Positions 37,476 to 47,295 of a stretch of 64,000 nt of DNA are shown here, in pieces (the first letter of the stretch is position 1; each line of letters starts with the position of its first letter). Under the pieces are notes generated by a model. The model did not search any database. It worked only from the letters and a program-made list of their open reading frames with translations, and was not told the origin of the DNA. Made by a program: the position numbers and the translations under genes. The stretch covers positions 591,629-655,628 of the forward strand of contig DTSZ01000001.1 in assembly GCA_012965045.1 (NCBI GenBank). Direction: 5' to 3'. Origin of the DNA: Candidatus Saccharimonadota bacterium. GTDB taxonomy: Bacteria > Patescibacteriota > Saccharimonadia > Saccharimonadales > DTSZ01.

Positions 37476-38102
37476 CTATGTATCGTTTATCAACAAGTTA
37501 ATCTGACTACTGTCTGCTGGCATATCCCATCTACTCCACTCATCACGGTATCTCTGAAACTCTTCGTCGGGAACCTTATGTAAATGTTTTGGATTAAAGA
37601 CTCGTTGGAACCAACGGATTCCATTCAAGTGATCGACTTCATGCTGTACGATCCGTGCAACAAATCCACTGAATTTATTTATGACAACTTCACCGTATTC
37701 ATTGTGCCAACGAACCTCTACCGCCTCAGAACGTTTAACAACACCGCCATAGCCTGGTAACGAAAAACACCCTTCTCGATCTTCTGCTTGATTGCTACTA
37801 GCCCAAGTTATTACAGGATTTATCATAAAAATATTATTTGGCGTCGGATTAACAGCTTTTGGGTCTGCATCAATATCAACTAAAATCACCCGAGCGTTCC
37901 AACCAATTTGCGGGGCAGCCAGTCCGACCATAGTTTTTGTGCCGGGTGTTGGGTCTTGTATAACTCCAGCAATTTTTTGCATTTGCAGGAGCGCATTTTT
38001 AAATGCAATCGACTTATAATCAATGATCTCTGCAGTTACTTTTTTCAATAGGGGATTGCTTGGTTCTAAGATACTAAATTTATCTTTTTCCCCATCTTCC
38101 AT
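37476..38102 (-). CDS. def: Peptide deformylase
   Basis: Motif I GLAAPQIG, motif II EGCFSLPG, motif III QHEVDHLNG. Confidence 0.9.
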   Translation of the reverse strand: MEDGEKDKFSILEPSNPLLKKVTAEIIDYKSIAFKNALLQMQKIAGVIQDPTPGTKTMVGLAAPQIGWNARVILVDIDADPKAVNPTPNNIFMINPVITWASSNQAEDREGCFSLPGYGGVVKRSEAVEVRWHNEYGEVVINKFSGFVARIVQHEVDHLNGIRWFQRVFNPKHLHKVPDEEFQRYRDEWSRWDMPADSSQINLLINDT

Positions 38103-38125
38103 CTTCTAACTACCAGCTTCTAAAT

Positions 38126-39253
38126 CTACAGCCATTTCTTGCCTTTTTTGGTTCTAAATTCTTCGAGTATTTTCTTTTGTTTTTTGCTCAGTTTGGTTGG
38201 CGTGTCTACAAGTACGCGTACAATGTGGTCGCCACGTGATTTACCGCGTAAACTCGGCACACCTTTGTTGGCAATTTTAAAATCTGTACCACTTTGGGTC
38301 CCAGCAGGAATTTTTAGCTTTTCTTTCCCATCAACGGTTTCTAGTTCAATTTCTGTTCCTAGCGCTGCGTCTACCATTGGCACGTGTTCGTCGCTTAAGA
38401 TTAAATTACCTTCTCTCGTGAAGTGCTTATGTGCTTTAACGCGCACATTTACATATAAGTCGCCAGCGTTTCCGTTTGAGGCAACTTCACCGCGGCCAGT
38501 AAGCCGAATCGTAGCTCCATCATAAATACCAGCAGGGACTTTAAGCGTAGTTTTTTTACTCTGTCGAGTAACACCACTGCCACCACATACGCTACATTTT
38601 TTCTCTGGAATTTTCCCTTCACCCTTACATGTCCGACAGGTTCTGGCTTGCTGAAAATTACCAAGCGGCGTTTGCATTACTTGTACTTCTTGACCGCTCC
38701 CTTTGCAGGTGTCACATGTTTTTACATCGTGACCAGGCTCTGCTTTTGTCCCTTTACAATGCTCACATACATCTAGAAGGCTTAGTTCAACTTCTTTTTC
38801 GGTACCAAAAATTGATTCTTCAAATGTTAACTGGACGTTTGTCTCAACATCGCGGCCACGTTCGGTTTGTGTCCTAGTTCGCCGGCCACCACCGCCGCCA
38901 CCAAAAAATCCTTCAAAAATATCACCAAGTCCAAGGTCGCCTAAGTCAACATGTACTCGCTGGCCAGACCCGCCACCAAACCCACCAAAAATGTCTTCAA
39001 AACCACTAAAACCAGCTCCGCCGCCACCGCTCGCTCCGCCAACACCAGCATGTCCGAACTGGTCGTAGCGTTGGCGCTTGCTTTCATCTTTTAATACTTC
39101 ATAGGCTTCAGAGGCTTCTTTAAATTTAGCCTCGTCACCGCCTTCTTTATCTGGGTGATGCTTAATAGCCAATTTTCTAAAAGCCTTTTTTATCTCGTCT
39201 GCGCTGGCGGATTTACTAACTCCTAAAATTTCGTAGTAATCTCGTTTAGCCAT
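38126..39253 (-). CDS. dnaJ: Chaperone DnaJ
   Basis: J-domain [33 protein letters not shown]-rich linker, four CxxCxGxG zinc-finger repeats, C-terminal domains. Confidence 0.95.
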   Translation of the reverse strand: MAKRDYYEILGVSKSASADEIKKAFRKLAIKHHPDKEGGDEAKFKEASEAYEVLKDESKRQRYDQFGHAGVGGASGGGGAGFSGFEDIFGGFGGGSGQRVHVDLGDLGLGDIFEGFFGGGGGGRRTRTQTERGRDVETNVQLTFEESIFGTEKEVELSLLDVCEHCKGTKAEPGHDVKTCDTCKGSGQEVQVMQTPLGNFQQARTCRTCKGEGKIPEKKCSVCGGSGVTRQSKKTTLKVPAGIYDGATIRLTGRGEVASNGNAGDLYVNVRVKAHKHFTREGNLILSDEHVPMVDAALGTEIELETVDGKEKLKIPAGTQSGTDFKIANKGVPSLRGKSRGDHIVRVLVDTPTKLSKKQKKILEEFRTKKGKKWL

Positions 39254-40081
39254 TTAATTTGCCTTTTTGAATGCCTTTATAATCAAATCACTCGGTATTA
39301 ACCGCGTTTCGCTGGCGCTACCTGTCATTACATCGTTAACGCGCTCTTCGTGCGTAAGGTAAATTACCTTTGCGCCATTTTTTTCCGCTGCAAGCATGGC
39401 TGGTTTTAGGTCTTGGTCACTACTCCACAGTACAACAGTATCTACGTTATTGGTTGCTGCCGCTTCCGTCATATCTACCGCTAAGCTAACATCTACACCT
39501 TTTTCGTTAAACGACAGCTCATCCTTTTTAGTAATTGGATTAATACTTGGTCGAATAACTAATTTACCAGCTGCAACAAACTCAACTCCACTATTTGATA
39601 AATAGCCTATCCAGCGTCGTTTATGATCTATCATCTTTAGCGTGCGTTTTTTAAGCTCTGGGTCATCATGTTCTTCGTGTAATTTTGCGCCGTAATACCT
39701 GTCTTCGCGCGGGCCTAGGTCGCCCAACATGTGATTCAGTAACATTTCCATGTCAAACTTCACTAAATCGTCGCGGAATTTTATCAGCTTGGCTTTTCGA
39801 AGCTCGTCAAACAGTTGAAAAAACGTATTTTCACCGTCAATATACACAACTGTTCGGCCACTTTCTGCCTTGGCCGGTGGTGTTGATTGCGCCTTAGTTT
39901 GGGGTTTACGCCTACTCGTAGAATCGTTCTTTTTTGATGCTGGATTTTTTGCGTTATTGCCGCCTGAATTTGATCGGCTAGACGGTTTTTTGCCCGCCTT
40001 GTCTTCTGCCTCATACACATCGTCCAATGCACTCAGCAAGTCTTGTTCTTTTCGTTCTTTAAAACTTAATTTTTTCTTCAT
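39254..40081 (-). CDS. NYN-domain (LabA-like/PIN-like) protein with a basic N-terminal tail
   Basis: TVVYIDGENTFFQLFDE ... VDTVVLWSSDQDLKPAMLAAEKNGAKVIYL matches the NYN/LabA signature. Sits between dnaK and dnaJ. Confidence 0.7.
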   Translation of the reverse strand: MKKKLSFKERKEQDLLSALDDVYEAEDKAGKKPSSRSNSGGNNAKNPASKKNDSTSRRKPQTKAQSTPPAKAESGRTVVYIDGENTFFQLFDELRKAKLIKFRDDLVKFDMEMLLNHMLGDLGPREDRYYGAKLHEEHDDPELKKRTLKMIDHKRRWIGYLSNSGVEFVAAGKLVIRPSINPITKKDELSFNEKGVDVSLAVDMTEAAATNNVDTVVLWSSDQDLKPAMLAAEKNGAKVIYLTHEERVNDVMTGSASETRLIPSDLIIKAFKKAN

Positions 40082-40090
40082 TAGCTACAG

Positions 40091-40207
40091 TCTATCTTAC
40101 TTATCGGTAATTTTTTGCTTAATTTCTTCAACATCACTAGCAATTTTCTCTAAATTTGCGTTCATTTTACTTAGTGCTGCTTGTAAATCTTCAACTAATT
40201 CACGTGG
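40091..40207 (-). CDS. Possible 38-aa coiled-coil micro-protein (MNPRELVEDLQAALSKMNANLEKIASDVEEIKQKITDK)
   Basis: ATG 12 nt downstream of the preceding gene's stop, with aagggtt 6 nt upstream. Below the ORF-track size threshold. Confidence 0.25.
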
Positions 40208-40218
40208 GTTCATTGTCT

Positions 40219-40563
40219 CTAACCCTTATCAAAATCTGCTTTGCAGAGTTGGCAATATGATTTCAGTGATCCATACTTAATGAGAGGTGATCTAACTTGG
40301 TCTTTGTCATAACAGGCGATACAAAACCTCAGATTTCCAAAATTTAAATTACCAGTCGCTACTAGCCAAGCCCTGCCGCTGGAGTCAACCTGTAGTTTAC
40401 CTTTTGATGTAATCTTATCAATTTCGTCTTTTAGTTTCTTATTTTCGAGCTGCAAATCAAAGATTTTTTGCTGCGCTTCAAGAATCATATTAAATTCGTC
40501 AATTTTATCTGCAGCGCGTAACGTAGCGCCTGCTTGTTTTAGCCCTTCTAAAACACTAACCAT
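40219..40563 (-). CDS. Small protein with N-terminal coiled-coil and C-terminal zinc-ribbon (CxxC...CxxC)
   Basis: 114 aa. FCIACYDKD...YCQLCKADF. The ORF start is 3 nt after the dnaK stop. Confidence 0.45.
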   Translation of the reverse strand: MVSVLEGLKQAGATLRAADKIDEFNMILEAQQKIFDLQLENKKLKDEIDKITSKGKLQVDSSGRAWLVATGNLNFGNLRFCIACYDKDQVRSPLIKYGSLKSYCQLCKADFDKG

Positions 40564-40565
40564 TG

Positions 40566-42485
40566 CTACTTGTCTTCTCTCTTCTCATTCACAACTTCAC
40601 CCTCTACAGGTTCATCAGACTCTTTGTCGTCTTTCTTGTCGTCGTCACTAGACTCACTACTCTCTTCTCCGTCCTCTGAAGCTGTTTTAGCTGCTTCTTT
40701 ATACATCTTCGCACCAATCGGAGATACCTTATCAAGTAGTGTCTTAGCAGCTTCTTCGAGCTTCTCTTTATCCGTTTCTTCTTGAGATTTCTTAGCTTCC
40801 TCAATTGCTTCTTCAACTGTCTTCTTATCTTCGTCGGACAATTTGTCGCCGTTTTCGTCGATCAGTTTCTGGCCAGTATATATAGCGTTTTCTAATGCGT
40901 TTTTAGCTTCTACTGCTTCGCGTTTTTTCTTGTCTTCTTCAGCGTGAGCTTCGGCATCTTTTTGAGCTTTTTCAATCTCGTCTTTATCTAAGTTGCCGCT
41001 GTCTTTAATAGTAATCGACTGTTCTTTGCCAGTACCTTTGTCTTTGGCCGTAACATTCAAAATTCCGTTAGCGTCAAGATTAAAAGTTACTTCAACTTGC
41101 GGAACACCGCGTGGCGCTGGGGCGATGCCGTCTAAAACAAATCTACCGAGTGATTTGTTATCGGCTACCATTTCTCGTTCACCTTGAACAACATGAACTT
41201 CAACACTTGGCTGGTTGTCTGCTGCTGTTGAAAAAATTTCGCTCTTACTAGTCGGGATAGTAGTGTTTCGTTCAATCAACTTGGTTGTAACGCCACCTAA
41301 GGTTTCTATACCAAGGCTTAGTGGAGTGACGTCTAGAAGCAGCACGTCTTTAACGTCACCTGCTAGTACGCCACCTTGAATCGCAGCACCTACAGCTACA
41401 ACTTCGTCAGGGTTTACACCTTTAAGCGGTTCTTTGCCAAAGATCTCCTTAACTTTAGCTTGCACTGCTGGCATTCGGGTCATACCACCAACCAAAATGA
41501 CTTCGTCGATTTCGCTGGCTTTAAGCTTGGCGTCTTTTAACGCGTCGAGACACGGCTTAGCAGTTTTTTCGATGAGCTTACTTACTAGCTGCTCAAGCTT
41601 GCTACGAGTAAGTTCGTATTCGAAGTTAAGTGGTCCTTCTGCTAAGAACGGTAAGTTAATTTCACTGCTTTGTGCACTCGAAAGCTCAATTTTAGCTTTT
41701 TCAGCAGCCTCTTTAAGCCGCTGCATTGCTTGTGCGTCACCTTTAAGGTCTTTGTCGTGGTCTTTTTTAATTACGTCAAGTAAGTGATTAACAATGACAA
41801 GGTCGAAGTCTTCACCACCAAGGTGAGTATCGCCGTTGGTAGACTTAACTTCAAACACGCCGTCACCTAGCTCCAAGATTGATACGTCAAATGTTCCACC
41901 GCCAAGGTCAAACACGGCAATTTTTTCATCTTTTTGCTTATCAAGACCGTAGGCTAAGGCTGCTGCGGTTGGTTCGTTAATGATTCGCTTAACTTCCAAG
42001 CCAGCAATTTTACCAGCGTCTTTTGTTGCCTGACGCTGGCTGTCGTCAAAGTACGCTGGAACCGTAATTACAGCTTGAGTAACTTTGTCACCTAAATATG
42101 CCTCTGCGTCAGCCTTGAGCTTGCTCAAAATCATTGCTGAAATTTCTTCTGGACTTTGTTCTTTGCCGTCGAGCATTACTCTAGGTTGGTCGTTTTTACC
42201 CTTAACAATCTTATACGGCATAATGTCGATGTCGCGTTGCACTTCTTCGTCTTTAAACTTACGACCAATAAGTCGCTTAACACCAAAAACAGTGTTTTCT
42301 GGGTTGGTGACCCGTTGTCGGTAAGCAACCTTACCAACTAAGCGATTTTTATCTTTACCAATAGCTACAACGCTTGGTGTAGTTCTATCACCTTCGCTGT
42401 TAGCGATAATTTGCGGGCTACCGCCTTCCATAACAGCCATAGCGCTGTTGGTTGTTCCTAAATCTATTCCAATTATCTTTGACAC
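40566..42485 (-). CDS. dnaK: Chaperone DnaK (Hsp70)
   Basis: [26 protein letters not shown], full NBD and SBD, acidic C-terminal tail. Confidence 0.97.
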   Translation of the reverse strand: MSKIIGIDLGTTNSAMAVMEGGSPQIIANSEGDRTTPSVVAIGKDKNRLVGKVAYRQRVTNPENTVFGVKRLIGRKFKDEEVQRDIDIMPYKIVKGKNDQPRVMLDGKEQSPEEISAMILSKLKADAEAYLGDKVTQAVITVPAYFDDSQRQATKDAGKIAGLEVKRIINEPTAAALAYGLDKQKDEKIAVFDLGGGTFDVSILELGDGVFEVKSTNGDTHLGGEDFDLVIVNHLLDVIKKDHDKDLKGDAQAMQRLKEAAEKAKIELSSAQSSEINLPFLAEGPLNFEYELTRSKLEQLVSKLIEKTAKPCLDALKDAKLKASEIDEVILVGGMTRMPAVQAKVKEIFGKEPLKGVNPDEVVAVGAAIQGGVLAGDVKDVLLLDVTPLSLGIETLGGVTTKLIERNTTIPTSKSEIFSTAADNQPSVEVHVVQGEREMVADNKSLGRFVLDGIAPAPRGVPQVEVTFNLDANGILNVTAKDKGTGKEQSITIKDSGNLDKDEIEKAQKDAEAHAEEDKKKREAVEAKNALENAIYTGQKLIDENGDKLSDEDKKTVEEAIEEAKKSQEETDKEKLEEAAKTLLDKVSPIGAKMYKEAAKTASEDGEESSESSDDDKKDDKESDEPVEGEVVNEKREDK

Positions 42486-42791
42486 TTTTTCCTCCTAAGT
42501 TTTGCAACGTAGCTCTCTGCCCGCGAACAAATTTCGCTGCTCCAGAGCTACTTAAAGCGCATTACTTCGTCAAAACCTACATCACTCGTTCGAAGTACTA
42601 TTTGTACATCTCACTCGTTTTTTGGCTTTTCCTTGTACTGCATCTTTATGCAAAGCTTAGGAGCTAAAAAGCTAGTTACCTGAAAATCTTCTTGCTTGAA
42701 TTTATTAAATTACTTTTTACGAATCACTAGTTACCAAATACGAACTACTGATTCCTAGCAGTTACCTGCCACCAGTGCTAGTTTAGCAGAA

Positions 42792-42818
42792 TTAGCACTC
42801 ACGGTGCAAGAGTGCTAG
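42792..42818. promoter_or_regulatory. CIRCE operator (HrcA binding site) in the dnaK leader
   Basis: TTAGCACTC-acggtgcaa-GAGTGCTAG: 9-bp inverted repeat with a 9-nt spacer, about 310 nt upstream of the dnaK start. Confidence 0.8.
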
Positions 42819-42828
42819 TGCCTAAAAA

Positions 42829-43599
42829 TCACCGCTCTAAGTAACCTTCCATGACATGTGACCTGCCTATACTTAGTTCAATTCCATCCAGACATTTATT
42901 CAGCTCTTCCGCTTGGTCAGCTACGGACGGATTGCCAAGCACATGCAGTTTATACGCCTCCTCAAGCACTTTTAATGATTCTGTGTACTTTTTACGCAAA
43001 TATGCTCGTTTTGTTTTTGATTTCACGGAGTGTAGCCGCTTAGTGTTTTTATATGTATCGATTATTTTAAGGGCTACGGCTTTACCAAACAGCTCTGGGT
43101 CATACTCTTGCTCTGACACATCACCTATAAATTTTTGCCGCAAATTATCAGCATAAAACCGTATTTTATTTTCTTCTGTTGGTTCAATGTCATCTGGAAA
43201 CGGTCTATTGCTTACCATTTGCACAAACAATGCAACTTTTTCAGATTTAGTTATTTTTTCTAGGGCTTCAGTTACGCTCACATCGCCGCTGCCGTTACCC
43301 GACCCTACAAATTGCAATAGTTGTTCAGGGACATCTTCAAACGAATCATGATATAAGCCAGCGATTATAAGGTCAGCATGCTGGTCTGACGCAAATCCCA
43401 CGTGCACCAGTCCTTCTGCTACTTCAAGCAAGTGCAGGTCATAGCTAACGCTGGCATACAGCTTGTCTCTGTGCAGGTCAGAAGCGATATTATGAGCGGA
43501 TCTTATGCGCTCCGCTTCATCAGCACTAAAACTATTCTCAATAATTCCAAAAAACTGGTCTTTTAAATCTTCTACTTCAGGATAGTGCATGTTTTCCAT
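42829..43599 (-). CDS. HD-domain phosphohydrolase-family protein
   Basis: HD dyad (AGLYHDSFEDV) with upstream His residues. Inserted between grpE and dnaK. Confidence 0.55.
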   Translation of the reverse strand: MENMHYPEVEDLKDQFFGIIENSFSADEAERIRSAHNIASDLHRDKLYASVSYDLHLLEVAEGLVHVGFASDQHADLIIAGLYHDSFEDVPEQLLQFVGSGNGSGDVSVTEALEKITKSEKVALFVQMVSNRPFPDDIEPTEENKIRFYADNLRQKFIGDVSEQEYDPELFGKAVALKIIDTYKNTKRLHSVKSKTKRAYLRKKYTESLKVLEEAYKLHVLGNPSVADQAEELNKCLDGIELSIGRSHVMEGYLER

Positions 43600-43642
43600 G
43601 TCTTATTATGGCATGAAAAAGCAATAACTACGAAGACGGCTG

Positions 43643-44137
43643 TTATTTGTTAATTACTTTAACCATGGCATGGCGAACCACTTCACCATTTAACGAATAG
43701 CCAGTTTGCAGCACCTCTTTAACAAACTCCGTCTCACCATCACCTTCAACGGCCACGGCTTCGTGGTATTCAGGATTGAACAGCTCGTCTTCTACCCCAA
43801 TTTTTTCGACTCCTAAGTTTTGGAGTTCTTTTTCTAGTTGTTGTGCAACCTTCGAAACACCTTGGGCCCAGTCATTATTTTGTAAATCCTCGGGTAAATG
43901 AGCCAGCGCACGGTGAACATTATCCAGTGTTGGCAATAAACTCAGTAAAATCTGTTTTGCTCCAAATGCAATTGAACTAGCGCGGTCTTCTTCGGCGCGT
44001 CGCTTAAAGTTTACAAAGTCAGCTTGGGTGCGCTTTAAGTCACCGGTCAGTGTCTCTACTTCTTGCTCCAAATCGGCAATTTTCTGATCTTTTTTGTTTG
44101 GTTTTTTAGCATTTGAATCTTCTGATTTATTCTTCAT
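43643..44137 (-). CDS. grpE: Nucleotide exchange factor GrpE
   Basis: N-terminal coiled-coil (IADLEQEVETLTGDLKRTQADFVNFKRRAEE) and C-terminal beta-domain. hrcA-grpE-dnaK order. Confidence 0.9.
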   Translation of the reverse strand: MKNKSEDSNAKKPNKKDQKIADLEQEVETLTGDLKRTQADFVNFKRRAEEDRASSIAFGAKQILLSLLPTLDNVHRALAHLPEDLQNNDWAQGVSKVAQQLEKELQNLGVEKIGVEDELFNPEYHEAVAVEGDGETEFVKEVLQTGYSLNGEVVRHAMVKVINK

Positions 44138-44164
44138 GTTTACCCTTTCAACATTTAGCTGTAT

Positions 44165-44875
44165 TTACAGCACACCTTCCAGTGCTCTGCCTGCGTGGCT
44201 AACGAGCGCCATAGTTTCTTTGTAACTTTGTCTGGTTGGACCCAACACCCCTATGTAGCTATTGTCTGAATACGGCGACCTGAACCTGCTAATGACCAGC
44301 GTACATTCGCTGTTTTTGCCAATTGGGTTCTCTTGGCCAATAAACACACTGAGTGGTTTATTTGGGGCGGCTTCACGTAGCCATGGCTCTAAATTGTCGA
44401 GTAGCTGCGCTACTTGTCGAACACCGCCATGAGCAAACTCAGGCTGTCCAAATAGTTGGCTTAAGCCGCTCATGTACAACGTGCCACCGATTGTTGCTAG
44501 GCCCAGATTATCTGTCATTTCAACCAAGCTGTCTACAGCAGATTTTATAGCTTGCTTTGGTTCGCCAGCATGTTCAACACGCCGATCTAAAACTTGGGTA
44601 CTGCGTGTACTAGCAGCTTGCTCCAGCTTGCCGTGACTGCGAAGATCTTGTAGCTCATTAACATACAGTCTGTAGCCCTTGTCGGTTGGAATTCTGCCGG
44701 CACTGGTGTGGGGGTGTGTAATAAAACCGAGTTTTTCTAGCACTGCCATATCAGCGCGAATTGTCGCAGAACTAACACCAAACACTTTCGCTAAGGTAAC
44801 CGACCCAACAGGTGAAGCTACTTCAGCATACTGCTCTACAATTGCTTCCAATATCTTTTTTTGTCGGGGTGTCAT
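44165..44875 (-). CDS. hrcA: Heat-inducible transcription repressor HrcA (short form)
   Basis: [30 protein letters not shown] winged-helix N-terminus. Start taken at the second Met, so the CIRCE site lies just upstream. Confidence 0.85.
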   Translation of the reverse strand: MTPRQKKILEAIVEQYAEVASPVGSVTLAKVFGVSSATIRADMAVLEKLGFITHPHTSAGRIPTDKGYRLYVNELQDLRSHGKLEQAASTRSTQVLDRRVEHAGEPKQAIKSAVDSLVEMTDNLGLATIGGTLYMSGLSQLFGQPEFAHGGVRQVAQLLDNLEPWLREAAPNKPLSVFIGQENPIGKNSECTLVISRFRSPYSDNSYIGVLGPTRQSYKETMALVSHAGRALEGVL

Positions 44876-44895
44876 AGTAGCTAAATTATAGATTT

Positions 44896-44922
44896 TTAGC
44901 ACTCAAATGTCCAGAGTGCTAA
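44896..44922. promoter_or_regulatory. CIRCE operator (perfect consensus) at the hrcA promoter
   Basis: TTAGCACTC-aaatgtcca-GAGTGCTAA. Confidence 0.85.
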
Positions 44923-44950
44923 ATTACTACGTAACCAGCGCTTTTAGCGG

Positions 44951-45679
44951 CTATGCAGTGCGATTATTCAGGTGTGCTTTTAAGTCGTTCAGTAACCGTT
45001 CGGCCTTTTTCTGGCTCCGTTCTTTTCGTTCATCTGGGTCAAGTTTGCCAGTTATTATGTCATCTACGTATCGGGCTGTGTCGGCTAGGTCATCGTTAAC
45101 CACAAAAATATACCCGCCACTGGTTAAAACATGTTCTATTTCCTCGACAGCAGTCTGTAGGCGATCCATTGTTTCGTCTTCACTTAAGTCTCCGCGCCGT
45201 TGCATGCGTTGCTGCCAGGTGTCAAAGTCGGGCGGTAAGACAAAAAAGCACAATAGCTCGGGGTAGAAAGCTCTGATCGCTTCCACACCTTGAACATCAA
45301 TTTCATTAATCGGTTTTTTATTAGATCGAATAGCTCGCTCTAATTCGTCGACGCTAACGCCAGACACTTGCCGGTTATGTATGACTTTTGCTTCCAGCAT
45401 TTCACCGCGGTCGAGCTTGTTAACCATTTCTGCTTCCTTCACAAACCAATATTCGCGCCCGTCCTGCTCCATAACACCATTATTGGCGCGTGGCTGTCGT
45501 GTTGTGTGTGACACCACAGACATATAGTTGCCGGTATTAATCAGTTCAGTTATTAAGGTGTTTTTACCGGCGGCAGTTATACCTACCATAACTACAAAAC
45601 CAGACGATCGCACGGTGTCTTGTGCGCTTTTTGGCATTGTGTAGTTAGTTACAGCTGTCTTTAGCTCGGTAGAAATCAT
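44951..45679 (-). CDS. gmk: Guanylate kinase-like protein
   Basis: P-loop-like VMVGITAAGKNTL and the GMP-binding TTRQPR...G.EYWFV motif. N-terminal extension compared with canonical Gmk. Confidence 0.65.
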   Translation of the reverse strand: MISTELKTAVTNYTMPKSAQDTVRSSGFVVMVGITAAGKNTLITELINTGNYMSVVSHTTRQPRANNGVMEQDGREYWFVKEAEMVNKLDRGEMLEAKVIHNRQVSGVSVDELERAIRSNKKPINEIDVQGVEAIRAFYPELLCFFVLPPDFDTWQQRMQRRGDLSEDETMDRLQTAVEEIEHVLTSGGYIFVVNDDLADTARYVDDIITGKLDPDERKERSQKKAERLLNDLKAHLNNRTA

Positions 45680-45970
45680 TTAATTTAATCTATCATATAA
45701 CGAGCCAGTTAGTATTAAGGCGCCGAGTCCGACTCCAAGTAGTATTAGCGGGTTGTCTCTAAAAAGGTCCACCTTATCAATCAGACCTTCAAAACCGTAC
45801 AGCGTTGCAACAAGACCAAACACCCCAAGTAACGTAAAGACTATCGGGAATCGATCAAAGGCTGATTCTTTTGTGCCTTTTATTTTTTCGGAAACAGCTT
45901 TTTCGGTGTCTAATAGCGCTTTTAAAAATCTACTTACTCTTTTAATCATAGTTTTAGTAGTATATACCAC
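45680..45970 (-). CDS. Small two-TM membrane protein (paralog of 46572..46838)
   Basis: 96 aa. FDRFPIVFTLLGVFGLVATLYGFEGLI...LILLGVGLGALILTGSLYDRLN aligns with ERYPLLFTFLVSFGAVATFYGLQEII...LILFLGISTLWFTGKLYEKLK. Confidence 0.5.
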   Translation of the reverse strand: MVYTTKTMIKRVSRFLKALLDTEKAVSEKIKGTKESAFDRFPIVFTLLGVFGLVATLYGFEGLIDKVDLFRDNPLILLGVGLGALILTGSLYDRLN

Positions 45971-45977
45971 TAAAACA

Positions 45978-46451
45978 CTAGGCGACTCTGTCTTCTGGGC
46001 TGTTTTCTACTAATCGTTTTAATTGAATAAGGTTTTTCTTAACGAATCGTCTAATCGTTAAAGACAGTACCGGCATCAAGAAGAACCCCACTAGATTAGC
46101 TGGTTCAATATTTTGGGTAAAAGTCAGTCGCGTAGTGTTCGGGGTTTTCCCTTCCTGGAGTTCGTAATGGCCCTTGCCAGTTATTGGGCCTTTTGAAGGT
46201 GCAGTAATCCACGATACTTTAGTAGGGGCAGTGTAGGTTATTTCGCTTACGATTTCGTCTTTGAAAAATAAAAAACGCATTAATGTTCGGTACGTGGCTT
46301 TTGCGTTATTGTTTTCGTTGTCTTCAAGTTTAACTATTTCACGAATCCATTTGTTTCTCTTTTGCTGCAAATTATCGTCACTAGTAACAACTCGCCAGAC
46401 TTCTTCGAGTGGCCGGGTTACTGTAACAGATGTTTTTACAGTGCGTGGCAT
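45978..46451 (-). CDS. SRPBCC (START/Bet v1-like) superfamily protein, putative
   Basis: 157 aa. The N-terminus KTSVTVTRPLEEVWRVVTSDDNL is typical of polyketide-cyclase/SRPBCC proteins. Confidence 0.45.
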   Translation of the reverse strand: MPRTVKTSVTVTRPLEEVWRVVTSDDNLQQKRNKWIREIVKLEDNENNNAKATYRTLMRFLFFKDEIVSEITYTAPTKVSWITAPSKGPITGKGHYELQEGKTPNTTRLTFTQNIEPANLVGFFLMPVLSLTIRRFVKKNLIQLKRLVENSPEDRVA

Positions 46452-46571
46452 GTTTATATTCTGATTTAAACCTGGCTCATAAGCAATATGTTATTTACTC
46501 GTTTGCTTCATAAAACTGTGTGATGCAGTAACAGTCGACTACGTGCCGAGCGGGCGGTCGCAAACGCTATA

Positions 46572-46838
46572 CTATTTTAATTTTTCGTACAGCTTACCTG
46601 TAAACCACAGCGTAGAAATACCTAAGAACAAAATTAGTGTTGGATGGTCGGCCAAAATGTCTACACTGCTAATAATTTCTTGCAATCCGTAAAATGTTGC
46701 CACTGCCCCAAAGCTAACTAAAAATGTGAACAGCAACGGATAGCGCTCAAACACCGTGCGTCGGTGCTTTTCGATCCGTTCGTTCATGGCTCGCTCAGCC
46801 TCTTTTGCAGTTTGAGAAACTTTTTTAAGTATTTTCAT
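46572..46838 (-). CDS. Small two-TM membrane protein (paralog of 45680..45970)
   Basis: See the paralog at 45680..45970. Confidence 0.5.
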   Translation of the reverse strand: MKILKKVSQTAKEAERAMNERIEKHRRTVFERYPLLFTFLVSFGAVATFYGLQEIISSVDILADHPTLILFLGISTLWFTGKLYEKLK

Positions 46839-46860
46839 TATTCTTTAGTAGTATATCAGC

Positions 46861-47292
46861 CTATTCTTCTTCATCTCTTTGATATTTATGCAAAACTCTT
46901 TGTGCACCCTTAAGCCTTAGCATAAGTAAGCTAACCATTCGATCACCGCTCGGGCTGGCGTCAGGGCTGATAGCTATGTGTTCGTGCTGCTCAATACTCA
47001 TTTGAACTTTCTGTGCTTCCTCTTCAATGTAGGCTTGCATTACAGCCGACCGTGGTTCGTGTGGATTATCGTGCACAGCCATATTTGCCCGAATCATATA
47101 ATCTATTGATGTCAGATCAACATATCGTTTTTCTAAAAATTGTTTTAAACCAATGGCTTTATGAAGCAATCCACCATCAGATATTCTAGCCAGCGCATGC
47201 TCGATATCTGCCATATTTTCGGTAATCGAAAGCAGCACGCCACGTTCGACTCTTTCTACTTGGTCGAGTGGGTCGGCGCTAGATTCGGTCAT
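46861..47292 (-). CDS. Hypothetical protein
   Basis: 143-aa ORF tightly packed downstream of lepA. Confidence 0.5.
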   Translation of the reverse strand: MTESSADPLDQVERVERGVLLSITENMADIEHALARISDGGLLHKAIGLKQFLEKRYVDLTSIDYMIRANMAVHDNPHEPRSAVMQAYIEEEAQKVQMSIEQHEHIAISPDASPSGDRMVSLLMLRLKGAQRVLHKYQRDEEE

Positions 47293-47295
47293 CGC

